NCBI GenBank assembly: GCA_963762565.1
Contig: CAVXLD010000001.1
Span: 1,088,001 to 1,152,000 of the forward strand
Direction of reading: 5' to 3'
DNA length: 64,000 bases
DNA from: an uncultured Verrucomicrobiae bacterium
GTDB lineage: Bacteria > Verrucomicrobiota > Verrucomicrobiia > Chthoniobacterales > JAFAMB01
Below, one piece after another: positions 18,998 through 29,881 of this stretch (position 1 is its first letter; each line of letters begins with the position of its first letter). The translations under genes were made by a program, and so were the position numbers. The notes under the pieces are model-generated. The model was given only the letters and a program-made list of their open reading frames with translations. It had not been told where the DNA came from and did no database searches.

Positions 18998-20031
18998 TTC
19001 TGGATCCACCAAACCGTTGCATTCGATCCCAGGAACAGATCTTTTTTGTCTGGTAAATCGCTGAGATCGATTCCCACCGGAAACCGTCGGGCGAGTCGAA
19101 TCCATTCCGTCGCCGGTTCCACATAGGGCAACACGTTAACCGCGTTCGCGGAGCGGGCGACACCCGGGGCAATACTACGAAGATGGCCGGTATAAATCCG
19201 CCAGGGGTCGGAGCCCATCGACACCCAAACCGGTTGTCCAATCTGGAGTCCGCTGAGATGTCTCTCCGGCAGGTTCGCCATAATCCGCCAATTGTCGGCG
19301 GTTACAATCGCCAGTACGGATTTGCCAACCTCAAGAAAACTTCCCGGTCGGATCTGAAATGGCGCTACCCGGCCGCGAGCCGGTGATTTGATCTCTGTCT
19401 TGCTCAGCTCCCATTCCGCCTTGGCTACGGATGTCTCCGCCCGCTGCACTTCCGCGTTCTGGACGGCAATATCCTGTTCGGCAACAACTCTGGCAGCCCG
19501 CGTGTGAGCTAGATCGGCTTCCGCTACCTTAAAACTGCGCTGAAGATTATCGACCGTCTCTTGGGAAACCACGTTCTCTTTGAGGAGCTGGAGACCACGA
19601 TCCCGGTTGATGGTCACATCGTCGAACGTCGCTTTTTTGGCCTCGATATCATTTTGCGCCAATGCCAACCGATCTTTCGCTCCGCTCAGGTTCGCCTGGG
19701 CCAATGCCAGAGCCGCTTTCTCTCGATCGAGCTCAATTTGATACGGCTGAGGATCGATCGTGAAAAGAACATCTCCTTTCTCGACAGATTGATTGTCGGT
19801 CACCGCAAGCCGAAGCATGGGACCGCTCACTTGAGGAGCCACCGCAACGATATCAGCCGTCACGTAGGCATCCCGGCAAATGACCAAGAACGTCGTACAA
19901 AATTCGTAGACGAGATAAACCAAAACAAGCCCCAAGGCCGTACCGATCAACGGATGTCGCTTCAACCAAGCGATCAATCCACTTAAACGATTCTTTAAGA
20001 ATGCTGGCACGCGTCGACGCAGTTCCTCCAA
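18994..20031 (-). CDS. HlyD-family secretion / membrane fusion protein
   Basis: N-terminal TM, DAYV...VAPQVSG...VTDNQSVEKGDVLFTIDP, coiled coil, WIRLARRFPV. Confidence 0.93.
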   Translation of the reverse strand: MEELRRRVPAFLKNRLSGLIAWLKRHPLIGTALGLVLVYLVYEFCTTFLVICRDAYVTADIVAVAPQVSGPMLRLAVTDNQSVEKGDVLFTIDPQPYQIELDREKAALALAQANLSGAKDRLALAQNDIEAKKATFDDVTINRDRGLQLLKENVVSQETVDNLQRSFKVAEADLAHTRAARVVAEQDIAVQNAEVQRAETSVAKAEWELSKTEIKSPARGRVAPFQIRPGSFLEVGKSVLAIVTADNWRIMANLPERHLSGLQIGQPVWVSMGSDPWRIYTGHLRSIAPGVARSANAVNVLPYVEPATEWIRLARRFPVGIDLSDLPDKKDLFLGSNATVWWIQK

Positions 20032-20196
20032 CGAATTCCCCGGGCTCGTTGACTAGGCCTGTTCTATTCTCCTCCCAAAAACCCAACAAGCCCAAAGTCA
20101 GACGATGTGTGGAGCGCGCCTCGCTTCCTCCGTCGCTAAAGCTTTGGAGGACAAGTGCGAGGCCGACTTGATGGGCAGTCGCTCAATCTCCCCCAT

Positions 20197-20302
20197 TGGC
20201 TATCGGCTATTGGCTATTGATCATGCGCCTCGCTGGGCTATTATTCCGGCCACGCAACGCACTTGGCTATCGGCTATTGGCTATTGGTCATGCGCGTAGC
20301 GC
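20197..20302. repeat. GGCTAT-hexamer/hairpin repeat, family B (GGCTATYGGCTATTGGTCATGCGCGTAGCGC); representative cluster
   Basis: Other copies at ~15689, ~17927-17999, ~20465, ~53315, ~53944 and ~54174. Confidence 0.85.
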
Positions 20303-20306
20303 TGCC

Positions 20307-20378
20307 GTCCCCGTAGTTCAACGGATAGAACGGAGGTTTCCTAAACCTTAAATGTGGGTTCGATTCCCGCCGGGGACA
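20307..20378 (+). tRNA. tRNA-Arg (anticodon CCT)
   Basis: Acceptor stem GTCCCCG/CGGGGAC, D-arm TAGTTCAACGGATAGAAC, anticodon arm GAGGT-TTCCTAA-ACCTT, T-loop GGTTCGATTCC; CCA not encoded. Confidence 0.95.
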
Positions 20379-20512
20379 TGATCAACGCCGACAGCGCCGT
20401 GATCGCCGTCAACGCCGGGAACTGCTCGATTAGTGGCCCTGGTGTCGACTTGCCGACCGACCCTTTGGCTATTGGTCATGCGCCTAGCGCCTTGTGGGTT
20501 CGCTCACTTTCG

Positions 20513-20623
20513 TGGCATCCAAGTTCGCGAGCTGCACGGCCCTTTCAGCCGGCGTAGCGAGCGGCATGCGATACCCAGCCATGGCGATCCGGCGCAAAGT
20601 CTATTTAACTATTGACCTGTCCC
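20513..20623 (+). repeat. ~111-bp repeat ending in TTGACCTGTCCC; inverted copy at 32336-32446
   Basis: By-eye alignment with the reverse complement of 32336-32446 shows only a few differences. Confidence 0.9.
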
Positions 20624-20693
20624 TAGTCCGGTTTTCTCCTTACTGCTTGTCGCGAACCGTGCGCGAAAGTGAGCTATTAGTGGTGAATACTCG

Positions 20694-22434
20694 ATGCTCA
20701 AACGATTATCTCTGTTAAATTTCAGATGCTTTGAGGATCATGAGATACCTGTTCGCTCGCGTACTATCATCGTAGGTCAGAATAACGCTGGAAAATCTAC
20801 AGTTGTCGAAGCTCTTCGCCTGGTATCACTGGTAACGGAAAGAGCCGGCGGGCTCCATTTCAAAGCGCCGCCGTCTTGGGCTGATTTACCGCGACGTTGT
20901 CGGGGACTGTCTCCATCCCTTCAAAGCATCGAAATTCGCAAAGAATCACTTTTTCACCGTTATGGAAGCCCGCCGGGCCTGATCAAGGCGGAATTTACTT
21001 CAGGGACGAGGATCGAGCTGTCGATCGGCCCCGAGGCTGCGATCTATGGGACAATTTACGATGAGAAGGGGGCTGTGATTTCGTCGTCCCAAAAGTTAAG
21101 ATCTGCTGGCATCCCTTCGATCAGTATTCTTCCACAGATTTCACCTTTAGCCGAATCTGAAACAATCCTTGGGAGGGAGTATGTTCGCGCCAATTTGGCG
21201 ACAGCCCGATCGTCCATTCACTTCAGGAATCAGCTGCACTATTATAGCGAGATTTTTCCTGAGTTTCGAAAGTTGGCGGAGCAATCGTGGCCAGGGCTTA
21301 AAATTCAACCTTTGGATTCCGGAAGAGGCATGCCGGCCCTTGATAACTTGAATCTAATTGTGAGAGACGGCGATTTTTCGGCGGAGGTCTCGTGGAGGGG
21401 GGCATGGAATGCAGATGTGGCTCCAAACGATGTGGTTCTTAGCCCGGACGGCGAATTCGAGAACTATCATTCTCGATGAACCGGACGTTTATATGCACGC
21501 CGATTTGCAGCGCCGCCTGATACGCTTGCTGAAGCTGGATGAGTCACGACAAATTATCATTGCCACTCATTCCGCCGAAATCATGGCCGAGGTTGAGGCA
21601 GATGAGGTCCTCCTAGTGGATCGAAAAAGGAGAGCTTCATCCTTTGCAGGATCTATGCCGACCGTCCAAAAGATCCTGGAGCACGTCGGCAGTGTTCACA
21701 ATTTGGCCTTTGCGAGGCTCGCTAATTCTAAAGTGTTGCTTTTGGTAGAGGGGAATGACGTCCCTTTCCTGAAGCGATTCCAAGATAAGATTTTCCCTCA
21801 AAGTAGACGGCCGATTGACACGATCCCGCATATACCGCTGGGGGGATGGTCTGGATGGCAATATGCGTTGGGAGTGGCAAAGTTTCTGAGGTCCGCATCA
21901 GACCACCGAGTCGCTCCAATTTGTATCCTCGACCGCGATTTTCACACCAGCGAAGAAATCGATACTCGATTAAAGCAAGCCAAAGAAGCGAACATAGAAC
22001 TGACGATTTGGAATCGGAAGGAGATCGAAAATTACCTTCTTGTCCCGGAAGCCATCGCCAGAGTTCTATGTAGGCGTTCGAAACGTGTCAAAGGAGTTGA
22101 CGCTGCCGAAATCGAAAAAGCGCTCGACGAAATTGCTGAGGGCATGAAGGACGACGTGCTCGATCGCTTTATTGAGTCCTTTCACGCAATTGATAAGGCG
22201 TCCGGCCCGGCAATGGCCAGCAAGCGCGCTAGAGAATACGCTCGCGAGAATTGGAACGGTTCTGGCCGATTGCGGCTGGTTGGTGGTAAGGAAGTTATAA
22301 GCGCTTTATCCGCTTGGGCACAGAATCGGTACAGCGTCTCGCTTTCTCCATTGGCAATCGCAGCTGAGCTTCGGCGAGAGGAGATAGACGAGGCGGTCGT
22401 TTCACTGATCTCTCGGATCGAGCAGCTCAATTAG
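20694..22434 (+). pseudogene. ABC-type ATPase plus TOPRIM-like nuclease (OLD-like), split by a +1 frameshift at a G6 run (21397-21402)
   Basis: ORF1 has Walker A GQNNAGKST; ORF2 has Walker B IILDEPD, IIATHS, TOPRIM LVEGND/ILDRD and EIENYL; removing one G fuses them into ~579 aa. Confidence 0.8.
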
Positions 22435-22537
22435 CGTGCGCGCCACAGTTCAGGGCATCCAGACTGGACTATCGACGTGTTTCCACTTCAGCTCTTTTTT
22501 CGCGGAGCGCTCTTTGTATGATAGTTTTTGAGCAGAA

Positions 22538-22699
22538 ATGGCGAAGAAGAAGAGTCCGCGCACGGCTGCTCTTGGCAGGCTAGGAGGCCTCAAGGGTGCG
22601 GCAAAAGGGATAAGGCTATGCCGACGCCAGGACTCCCGGCCAACGAACCGAGGCCGCAAGAAACGCAGTAAAAATCAGATGAGTCGAGGAGGGCCATGA
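22538..22699 (+). CDS. small basic KGG-motif protein, probably degenerate
   Basis: Manual translation MAKKKSPRTAALGRLGGLKGAAKG... resembles AxALGRxGGxKGG small proteins; 53 aa. Confidence 0.4.
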   Translation: MAKKKSPRTAALGRLGGLKGAAKGIRLCRRQDSRPTNRGRKKRSKNQMSRGGP

Positions 22700-22739
22700 A
22701 CCTAAGCGTAAACCCAATCCTCGCCAGAAAAGACATTTT

Positions 22740-23118
22740 ATGAAGCCGATCGTGATCCAACTTCAAGAAGATCTCACCATCGGCAATAAGACGATTGCCG
22801 AGCAACTTAGAACCGCAAAATTAATATCAGCAAAGCTTGAATTGCCATTAGTCGAAGATTGGATCCAACACGAGTTGGAGGGCTACCCACCCGACCCAAG
22901 GAAGTTGCCCAAATATCGATTTATTAGTGGCGGAGAGCTACAGTTCCGCAATCCGATGCACGGATGGATTCCGGCTATGGGAACGTCAGTAATTACCGTG
23001 CCTATCTTTCAACCGGTGGCGGAAATTGAAGCCTACAACGAAGGGGATCACTTATACCTCCAACCGGCAACTAAGTATCGGCTCACCGACCTACATGGAG
23101 ACGGTGGTTTGATGACAA
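22740..23118 (+). pseudogene. AbiTii-like domain protein, 3'-truncated
   Basis: QLRTAKLISAKLEL...WIQHELEGY...LPKYR...NPMHGWIP resembles the AbiTii N-terminus; the frame runs into the repeat motif at 23119. Confidence 0.7.
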
Positions 23119-23163
23119 GGGCCGAGAAACAGGGGGGGCCGAGAAACAGGGGTCGCGTCTATA

Positions 23164-23873
23164 CGGGCTGTTGCCCAATAGGTGCACTATTTGAATAAAG
23201 TTGCAGAGGGAATTCGTAGATTTTCGGTCGGTCTAGCTTGACGGAAGTATGATGGATTGGCTGCGTAGAAGCTTAATGAGGCGACGAACTAATTGCGCGA
23301 GAGAGTCGGCCAGCTCAGGGTCGGCCTGAGAGAGGTGTCTAGTGAGTTTTCTGAGATTCTGCACCGTGGCGATGAGCAAATCTTGGATAGCTTGCTTCCA
23401 AAGGCCGCGCCAGCGTGAGCGCTTCAACCCGTGACAATTAGCAGCATCGGCAAAACTGCGTTCCATGAGATGTTGGCGGCGTTTGAGGTCGCGCTTTGCC
23501 GCCTTGGAATTAGCGATCTTGCGCGCTTTTTCTATCAGCTCCTGGTCGCGATGCCGATGAATGGTGCGACCCGTGCGGGAGCGGGTACAGAAGGCTCGTA
23601 GTTTGCAGACCAGGCAAACCCCCATGGCAGTCACATATTCCCAGGTTAGGCGCTTTGGGTGCAAACGCCGGGGCTTCATGATCTGATTGGCCGGACAGCG
23701 GTAGGTATTGCTGTTTGGGTCGTAACAAAACTGTTCTTCAGAATAGATCCCTGCGCTAGAGCCCTTCCCTTTGATGGAGTCTCCTAAAGGCTTCACATGC
23801 GCCCGAATCCCTGATTTTTGACAACCAATCAGGTTGCTGACATTACCATAGCGGGCATCAGCAATCACGGTTC
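23164..23873 (-). mobile_element. divergent IS1182-family remnant (right end plus 3' part of transposase, 23233-23873)
   Basis: End CGGGCTGTTGCCCAAT; translation is clearly homologous to, but differs from, the C-terminal half of the 24353 transposase. Confidence 0.85.
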
Positions 23874-23901
23874 GGGCCGAGAAACAGGGGTCGCGTCTAT
23901 A

Positions 23902-24246
23902 GGGCGTGTTGCCCAATTAATAACCATTATAGTATTGCTTTGCTGGTTACAGATTTGATAGTGTATTGTTCCCATGATGGACGAAGAAGACTCGCAGGTT
24001 CCGATCTGGAGCTATCGGGTCAATTTAGATAAGCGGGTGCGGGACGATCATCCACTGCGGCGGATCAGGGCGGCGTTAGATTTGAGTTTTGTGCGTAAGG
24101 AGGTAGCGCACACTTATGGGCGAAGAGGCAACAAGTCGGTTCCGCCCGAAGTGATTGTCCGGATGATGTTGTTGTTGTTCTTGGATGATATCAAGAGCGA
24201 GCGGGAGCTGATGCGCATCATCCCTGAACGGCTGGATTACCTTTGG
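23902..24246 (+). mobile_element. 5' partial copy of the IS1182-family element
   Basis: Matches the first 345 bp of 24281-25893 (one substitution noticed); breaks after ...TACCTTTGG. Confidence 0.9.
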
Positions 24247-24280
24247 CCAGCGAGGCCGAGAAACAGGGGTCGCGTCTTTA

Positions 24281-25893
24281 GGGCGTGTTGCCCAATTAAT
24301 AACCATTATAGTATTGCTTTGCTGGTTACAGATTTGATAGTGTATTGTTCCCATGATGGACGAAGAAGACTCGCAGGTTCCGATCTGGAGCTATCGGGTC
24401 AATTTAGATAAGCGGGTGCGGGACGATCATCCACTGCGGCGGATCAGGGCGGCGTTAGATTTGAGTTTTGTGCGTAAGGAGGTAGCGCACACTTATGGGC
24501 GAAGAGGCAACAAGTCGGTTCCGCCCGAAGTGATTGTCCGGATGATGTTGTTGTTATTCTTGGATGATATCAAGAGCGAGCGGGAGCTGATGCGCATCAT
24601 CCCTGAACGGCTGGATTACCTTTGGTTTCTTGGCTATGGGCTAGACGATCAGATTCCCGACCACAGTGTGTTGAGCAAGGCGCGCAAGCGCTGGGGTAAA
24701 GAAGTGTTTGTCTCGCTATTTAGCCGGGTAGTGCAGCAGTGCGTGGAGGCTGGTCTGGTAGAAGGCCGTAAGATCCACGTGGATGCGAGCCTAGTGGAGG
24801 CCGATGCCAATCTGGGTTCAGTTAAGCCCCTGTCTGCGGAGACGCTCAATGCCATCGAGCAAACTGCCAAAGAGCAAGTGCAAAAGCTCGATGAACCCGA
24901 CCAAGACCAAGATCCGCCATCAGGGGACAGCGGCAGCGGCGGTTCTGCCATTGGCCAATACTCCAAAACCAATCGCCAGTTCCGCAGTACGACCGACCCG
25001 GATGCGACTCTAGTTCGACACGCCGGCCTAAAGAGCCGCTTACGCTATAAGACTCATCGAGTAGTCGACGATGCCCATGAGATCATCACCGCCGTAGAGA
25101 CCACCACCGGTGCGGTCGACGAAGCCTCGCAACTGTTGAGGCTCATTGAAGCTCATGAAGATACTACCGATCAAGCAGTGCGAACTGTGATTGCTGATGC
25201 GCGTTACGGCAGCGTCAGCAACCTGATTAGCTGTCAAAAAGCGGGGATTAAAGCCCATGTGAAGCTGCTGGGGGAGTCGATCCGAGGTAAGGGACGAAGC
25301 GAGGGCATTTATTCCGACGAGCATTTTAGATACGATGCACAGACTAATACCTATCTCTGTCCCGCCAAGCAGATCATGAAAGCCAGGCGCTTACACCCCA
25401 AGCGCTTGACCTGGGAATATGTCACCGCCAAGGGGACCTGTTTAGTGTGCAAGCTGCGCGCCTTGTGCACTCGTTCCCGCACCGGACGCACCATTCACCG
25501 CCATCGGGATCAAGCCTGGTTAGAAAAGGCTCGCAAAATTGCTAACTCCAAGGCTGCTAAAGCCGACCTTAAACGCCGCCAACATCTCATGGAAAGGAGC
25601 TTTGCCGACGCCGCCAATCGTCATGGGCTCAAGCGTTCTCGTTGGCGTGGACTTTGGAAGCAAGCTATCCAAGACTTACTCATTGCTACGGTACAGAACC
25701 TGAGAAAACTCCTCAGGCATCTCTCCCAAACCAACCCTGCGCTAGCCTATCGCCTTACTCAGTTGCTCCGCTGGCTCACCCGGCTCCTTCACCCGATTTC
25801 AACCTCCTTCTTGCCAAGCTAACCCTTCGCCAAACCTTCCAATTACTAACCCAAAATCCTCATACTAATTAGGCGCTATTGGGCAACAGCCCC
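24281..25893 (+). mobile_element. IS1182-family insertion sequence, copy 1 (1613 bp)
   Basis: 16-bp imperfect IRs GGGCGTGTTGCCCAAT / GGGGCTGTTGCCCAAT; flanks TTTA and TATA. Confidence 0.9.
24353..25822 (+). CDS. IS1182-family DDE transposase
   Basis: DHPLR...SERELM...IPDHS N-domain, HVDAS, TTDPDA, ADARY, Cys-rich insert, ERSFADA...GL.R.R.RG. Confidence 0.92.
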   Translation: MMDEEDSQVPIWSYRVNLDKRVRDDHPLRRIRAALDLSFVRKEVAHTYGRRGNKSVPPEVIVRMMLLLFLDDIKSERELMRIIPERLDYLWFLGYGLDDQIPDHSVLSKARKRWGKEVFVSLFSRVVQQCVEAGLVEGRKIHVDASLVEADANLGSVKPLSAETLNAIEQTAKEQVQKLDEPDQDQDPPSGDSGSGGSAIGQYSKTNRQFRSTTDPDATLVRHAGLKSRLRYKTHRVVDDAHEIITAVETTTGAVDEASQLLRLIEAHEDTTDQAVRTVIADARYGSVSNLISCQKAGIKAHVKLLGESIRGKGRSEGIYSDEHFRYDAQTNTYLCPAKQIMKARRLHPKRLTWEYVTAKGTCLVCKLRALCTRSRTGRTIHRHRDQAWLEKARKIANSKAAKADLKRRQHLMERSFADAANRHGLKRSRWRGLWKQAIQDLLIATVQNLRKLLRHLSQTNPALAYRLTQLLRWLTRLLHPISTSFLPS

Positions 25894-26064
25894 TATATAC
25901 AATACACAGAACGAACGGCTGTCTTGGTGGTAAAGAGATTCGTACGAACGGCTGTTTGCATCGACTATTCGGACAGCCTCACACCACTTCGATCAGTCCT
26001 GCCGTAGGTGCTGAATCATGGTTTCTGTCGGTCGGGGTTTAGTGTAAGGTATAGACGCGACCCC
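25894..26064 (+). mobile_element. MITE-like element copy B; body and right TIR, with the left TIR at 24266-24280 separated by the IS
   Basis: Highly similar to 30100-30268; ends TATAGACGCGACCCC followed by AATTCAAAGG. Confidence 0.8.
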
Positions 26065-26172
26065 AATTCAAAGGCACTCTAATCGATAAAGTCTTGCGCA
26101 GAGACGCAAACGACGGACAAAAAATGACTGATTTTTGATCAGGACAGAACAGAGGTAACAGAGGTAGCTACC

Positions 26173-28560
26173 ATGCGACGCCCCTCAGGTCATTTTTCAC
26201 CTTTCACCTTTGATTTCTCACTGGTGGCCGAACTGTTAGTGACGGTCACGCGCTCAGGCAGCGCGTTGCTCGCTTTGCTCTGGGCTGCCTCTATCCAGCA
26301 CGCGAATGCCACCGGTTTCTACGGACCCCAGGTCTACCTGGACGATGGTGGAGCGAATTTAACGCGAGCGCCGGAGTTTTACTGGGATGTCGAGGTTAAA
26401 CGACTGGCACGAAGCTTCAAGCCGGCCGAGAAACGGATTCCGATTCGTACCAGCGATGGCCAGGAGGTCGTCCCAGGCGAAGAGAACACCAAGGAAAGCA
26501 TCGACGCCTTGGGCGCCGAGATGACAGCGAATGCCGATACTCAGGATTTCGCAACCGCTCTTAAAGAGAACCGAATCAAACCGGCTGATCCGGTACAGGC
26601 AACGGCCAAGCACGAAGCAGCGCGGACGTTAATCACGACCGCCAATGATAAAACCACTGATCCTCTGCCGGAAGAATTTCCCTCTGAGTTCGCCGATTAT
26701 GACAAAGGGGCATTCGCCTATAAGCGAGGCCAATGGGATGAAGCGCGCGCCGCCTGGCAGACATTGCTGAATCGGCCGGCCGAGGAACGGCATTACCGCT
26801 CGGTTTGGGCGGCGTTTATGCTCGGGAAAGCCGCGTTGAAAGCGGGAGATCCGCAAGCTGCGAAATGGTTCGAGCTAACCCGAGACCTGGCTAAGGCCGG
26901 ATTTGCGGACCCACTGGGATTAGCCGCCGATAGTTACGGATGGGAAGGCCGCAGTGAATGGAAACAGAATCATCCGGCGAAAGCAGCTCAACTTTTCTTG
27001 ACCCAACTGGCGCTGGGAGATGATGGCGCCGTGGTATCGTTGAAAGCCTTGGTACCCGACCGTCTTCCAGTGGACGGATTTGTAAACTATGGGTCGGCAT
27101 CTGAGGAAGATTCGAGCCAGTGGAGTGACGAGCGCCGGAAAGCAGAAGCCGAAAAGACGCTTGTGGCTCTCAAGGAAGCGGCGAAGGATCCGTTGCTACG
27201 GGAATTAGTGACGGCGCATATCTTGGCGGCGGTTGATCAAAGCTCGGATTCGCAGAGCGACGCCCAGTCTGAAGGCAAAGGGCAAACACCTGACCGCTTT
27301 TCTCGCTGGCTTTCAGTAATCGCCGAAGAACATATCGAGCGAGTCGAGAATGCTGACTATCTGGGCTGGGTTGCCTATGGCAACGGCGACTACAAGGCGG
27401 CCCAGCGGTGGTTGAAACTGGCCGATCCCAACAGTCCGGTGGCTCTGTGGCTAAGTGCAAAGCTACTTCGTCGCGCCGGAAAATTGGATGAAGCCGCCAA
27501 AGCCATGGCGCAGGCGCAACAGGCCATTGTCCCGATCACCAACTATACCGGATGGACTTGGCGGGCAGATGATACCGGCGGAGAGGGTCATTGGTCTTTT
27601 GGGGAGTCGGCCAGCGGTGATCTCGGCGCGTTGCAGCTTGAGCAGGCGCAGTTTACTCCCGCACTCGAAAGCTTCCTCAAAGGCGGAGGGAAAGATCCCT
27701 CTTTCGCCGGAGAATTCTCTTATGGAGGACTCTGGGATGATGCAGCCTTCGTCGCGGAACGGGTTTTGAGCACGGATGAACTAAAAGCGTTTGTCGATCG
27801 CCAACCAATTCCTAAAGGAACTCCCGCCGAAGGCAGCGACGACTTTCCCATGGTCCGCCTCCGCTATTTACTGGGACGCCGGCTCGTTCGCGAGGATCGA
27901 TATAGAGAGGCAACTCAGTACCTGAAACCACCTTATGACAAAGTCTTGACGGAATATGTTCAGGCGCTCGAGGCCGGTGCGAACGAAAAATTGCCAAAGC
28001 TCGAACGCGCCCGGTCATGGTTCACAGCCGCCTGGCTAGCGCGTTATGACGGCATGGAAATAATGGGAACGGAGGGCGCACCCGATGGTTTTTCCGAAGG
28101 AGGCGATTTTGAAATTCCGGACGTGGCGAAGCAACAGCAAACTGGCTTCTACGTGGACGCGATCGACGGGGCCGATGAGAAAACGCCAAAACATCCGATT
28201 GTGCTTAAGCCGTCGAAGGAAGAGCTGCAGAGGCTAGCTAAGACGAAAACCAGCCCGGATTTACGATTCCACTATCGCGTGGTCGCTGGGGCTTTGGCCA
28301 TCCGTGCCGCCGACCTTTTGGAAGACAATTCCGAGGAGCTCGCCGACGTCCTAAATACGGCAGGACAATGGGTCAAAGATCGCGACGAGAAGATCGGCGA
28401 TCGCTATTTTCAGATCCTGAAGGCACGTGCTCCCAAGACAAAGATCGGGCGATTAGCGGTCGCCAAACATTGGTTTGTGGATGAGACCGGTCCTTGGTCG
28501 GAAGAACAAACAGCGGCCGAAGAGAAATTACACAAGGACCTTGGCATTACGAAGGATTGA
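26173..28560 (+). CDS. large secreted helical-repeat (TPR-like) protein
   Basis: Signal-like segment, TPR-like helices (WAAFMLGK, LGRRLVRE); co-oriented with the DUF3142 gene; start may lie downstream. Confidence 0.75.
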   Translation: MRRPSGHFSPFTFDFSLVAELLVTVTRSGSALLALLWAASIQHANATGFYGPQVYLDDGGANLTRAPEFYWDVEVKRLARSFKPAEKRIPIRTSDGQEVVPGEENTKESIDALGAEMTANADTQDFATALKENRIKPADPVQATAKHEAARTLITTANDKTTDPLPEEFPSEFADYDKGAFAYKRGQWDEARAAWQTLLNRPAEERHYRSVWAAFMLGKAALKAGDPQAAKWFELTRDLAKAGFADPLGLAADSYGWEGRSEWKQNHPAKAAQLFLTQLALGDDGAVVSLKALVPDRLPVDGFVNYGSASEEDSSQWSDERRKAEAEKTLVALKEAAKDPLLRELVTAHILAAVDQSSDSQSDAQSEGKGQTPDRFSRWLSVIAEEHIERVENADYLGWVAYGNGDYKAAQRWLKLADPNSPVALWLSAKLLRRAGKLDEAAKAMAQAQQAIVPITNYTGWTWRADDTGGEGHWSFGESASGDLGALQLEQAQFTPALESFLKGGGKDPSFAGEFSYGGLWDDAAFVAERVLSTDELKAFVDRQPIPKGTPAEGSDDFPMVRLRYLLGRRLVREDRYREATQYLKPPYDKVLTEYVQALEAGANEKLPKLERARSWFTAAWLARYDGMEIMGTEGAPDGFSEGGDFEIPDVAKQQQTGFYVDAIDGADEKTPKHPIVLKPSKEELQRLAKTKTSPDLRFHYRVVAGALAIRAADLLEDNSEELADVLNTAGQWVKDRDEKIGDRYFQILKARAPKTKIGRLAVAKHWFVDETGPWSEEQTAAEEKLHKDLGITKD

Positions 28561-28567
28561 CGCACCA

Positions 28568-29881
28568 ATGGAATGGTGGGCCCCGCACCCTGTTCGCCGG
28601 CTTACCTTAGCGTTGATTCCGATGGCGCTAGGATTATGGGGCTTGCTCGGTTGTCACCGGTCACTCACAACCGCTATCGGACCTTTGCCCCAACGCGGGT
28701 ATCTTTGGCAGCGGGCATGGAGTCCAGCGGTCATGGCAGCGGTGCAGGAAGCCAGCAACCACATGGATGGAATGGTCATCATCGGCGCCGAAATTCTGTG
28801 GAATGGTTCAACACCGGAAACGATCCGGGCAAACATCGATTGGCCAACTCTCAAGAATGCCGGGAAGCCGATTGCACTAGCGCTGCGCGTTGCGCCTTAC
28901 CCAGGCCCTTTCTCGAAAGATGATTCCACAATCAATTACATCGGCGACGTAGCTAAATCTCTACTTACGAGCGCAACCGCTCATGGATTAACCGTCTCTG
29001 AATTCCAACTAGATTTCGATTGTGCTCAAAAGAAATTGAGCGGCTATAGCCTCTGGGTGGAGGCGGTGCGGACTGCTGTCCGACCCACCCGCTTTGTGAT
29101 CACTACTCTTCCGGCTTGGCTCAATGAGCCTGCTTTCGCGCCATTGGTGCGGCTTGCTGATAGTTATGTGCTTCAAGTTCACTCAGTTCCGATCTCATCC
29201 GGAGCTGGTGAGTCTTTTTTGTTAGATACTGACCTGGCACGGCAGTGGACCAAAACGGCCGCTAAGCTCGGAATCCCATTCTCCGTCGCGTTGCCGACTT
29301 ACCGTTGCTTGGCTGGATATGACAGTACGGGGAAATTGTTAGGAGTCGCCATGGACAGCGTCGACCTGGCTTGGCCGCCCGACACCCGCACGATCGAGTT
29401 TTCTACCAATTCGGATGATACAGCGACACTAGTCAAGGAATGGCTTTCCGCCCGGCCGGCGGAACTGAAAGAAGTAATCTGGTATCGAATACCGGTAGCA
29501 ACCGATCAGCGGAATTGGCGCTGGCCGACTCTGACGGCGATCATGGCGGGCCGAAAGCCGGCCCACAGTCTGCAGGCTGTCCAGCGTGGTGATAACCCAG
29601 TCGATCTCTCGATCAAGAACATGGGTGAGGCGGATAAACAAATTGGCGCTAAATTAACTGTGACCTGGACCGGCGCATCCATCGTTGCATTGGACGCATT
29701 GCCCGGCTGGACGGTTGCCGCTAGCAGAGAGCACGCAGTGTTTACCCGGGTAGAAAAAATACCTTTCGAACTGCCACCCGGCAGCGAGCGCAGCATCGGA
29801 TGGCTTCGCTTTGACCGGGTCGCAAATGCAACCTGCTTGGCGGAGGAATCTTCCCCCGATCGACGATCTCATGACAAATGA
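28568..29881 (+). CDS. DUF3142 domain-containing lipoprotein (glycoside hydrolase-like barrel)
   Basis: YLWQRAW, FQLDFDC, ITTLPAWL, YVLQVH, FSVALPTY motifs; lipobox-like LLGC. Confidence 0.8.
   Translation: MEWWAPHPVRRLTLALIPMALGLWGLLGCHRSLTTAIGPLPQRGYLWQRAWSPAVMAAVQEASNHMDGMVIIGAEILWNGSTPETIRANIDWPTLKNAGKPIALALRVAPYPGPFSKDDSTINYIGDVAKSLLTSATAHGLTVSEFQLDFDCAQKKLSGYSLWVEAVRTAVRPTRFVITTLPAWLNEPAFAPLVRLADSYVLQVHSVPISSGAGESFLLDTDLARQWTKTAAKLGIPFSVALPTYRCLAGYDSTGKLLGVAMDSVDLAWPPDTRTIEFSTNSDDTATLVKEWLSARPAELKEVIWYRIPVATDQRNWRWPTLTAIMAGRKPAHSLQAVQRGDNPVDLSIKNMGEADKQIGAKLTVTWTGASIVALDALPGWTVAASREHAVFTRVEKIPFELPPGSERSIGWLRFDRVANATCLAEESSPDRRSHDK

Noticed and set aside
22450..22500. ELKWKHVD on the minus strand resembling a tyrosine-integrase LxWxDVD motif
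   Set aside because: Only eight residues, with no flanking catalytic R or HxxR motifs; chance similarity is likely
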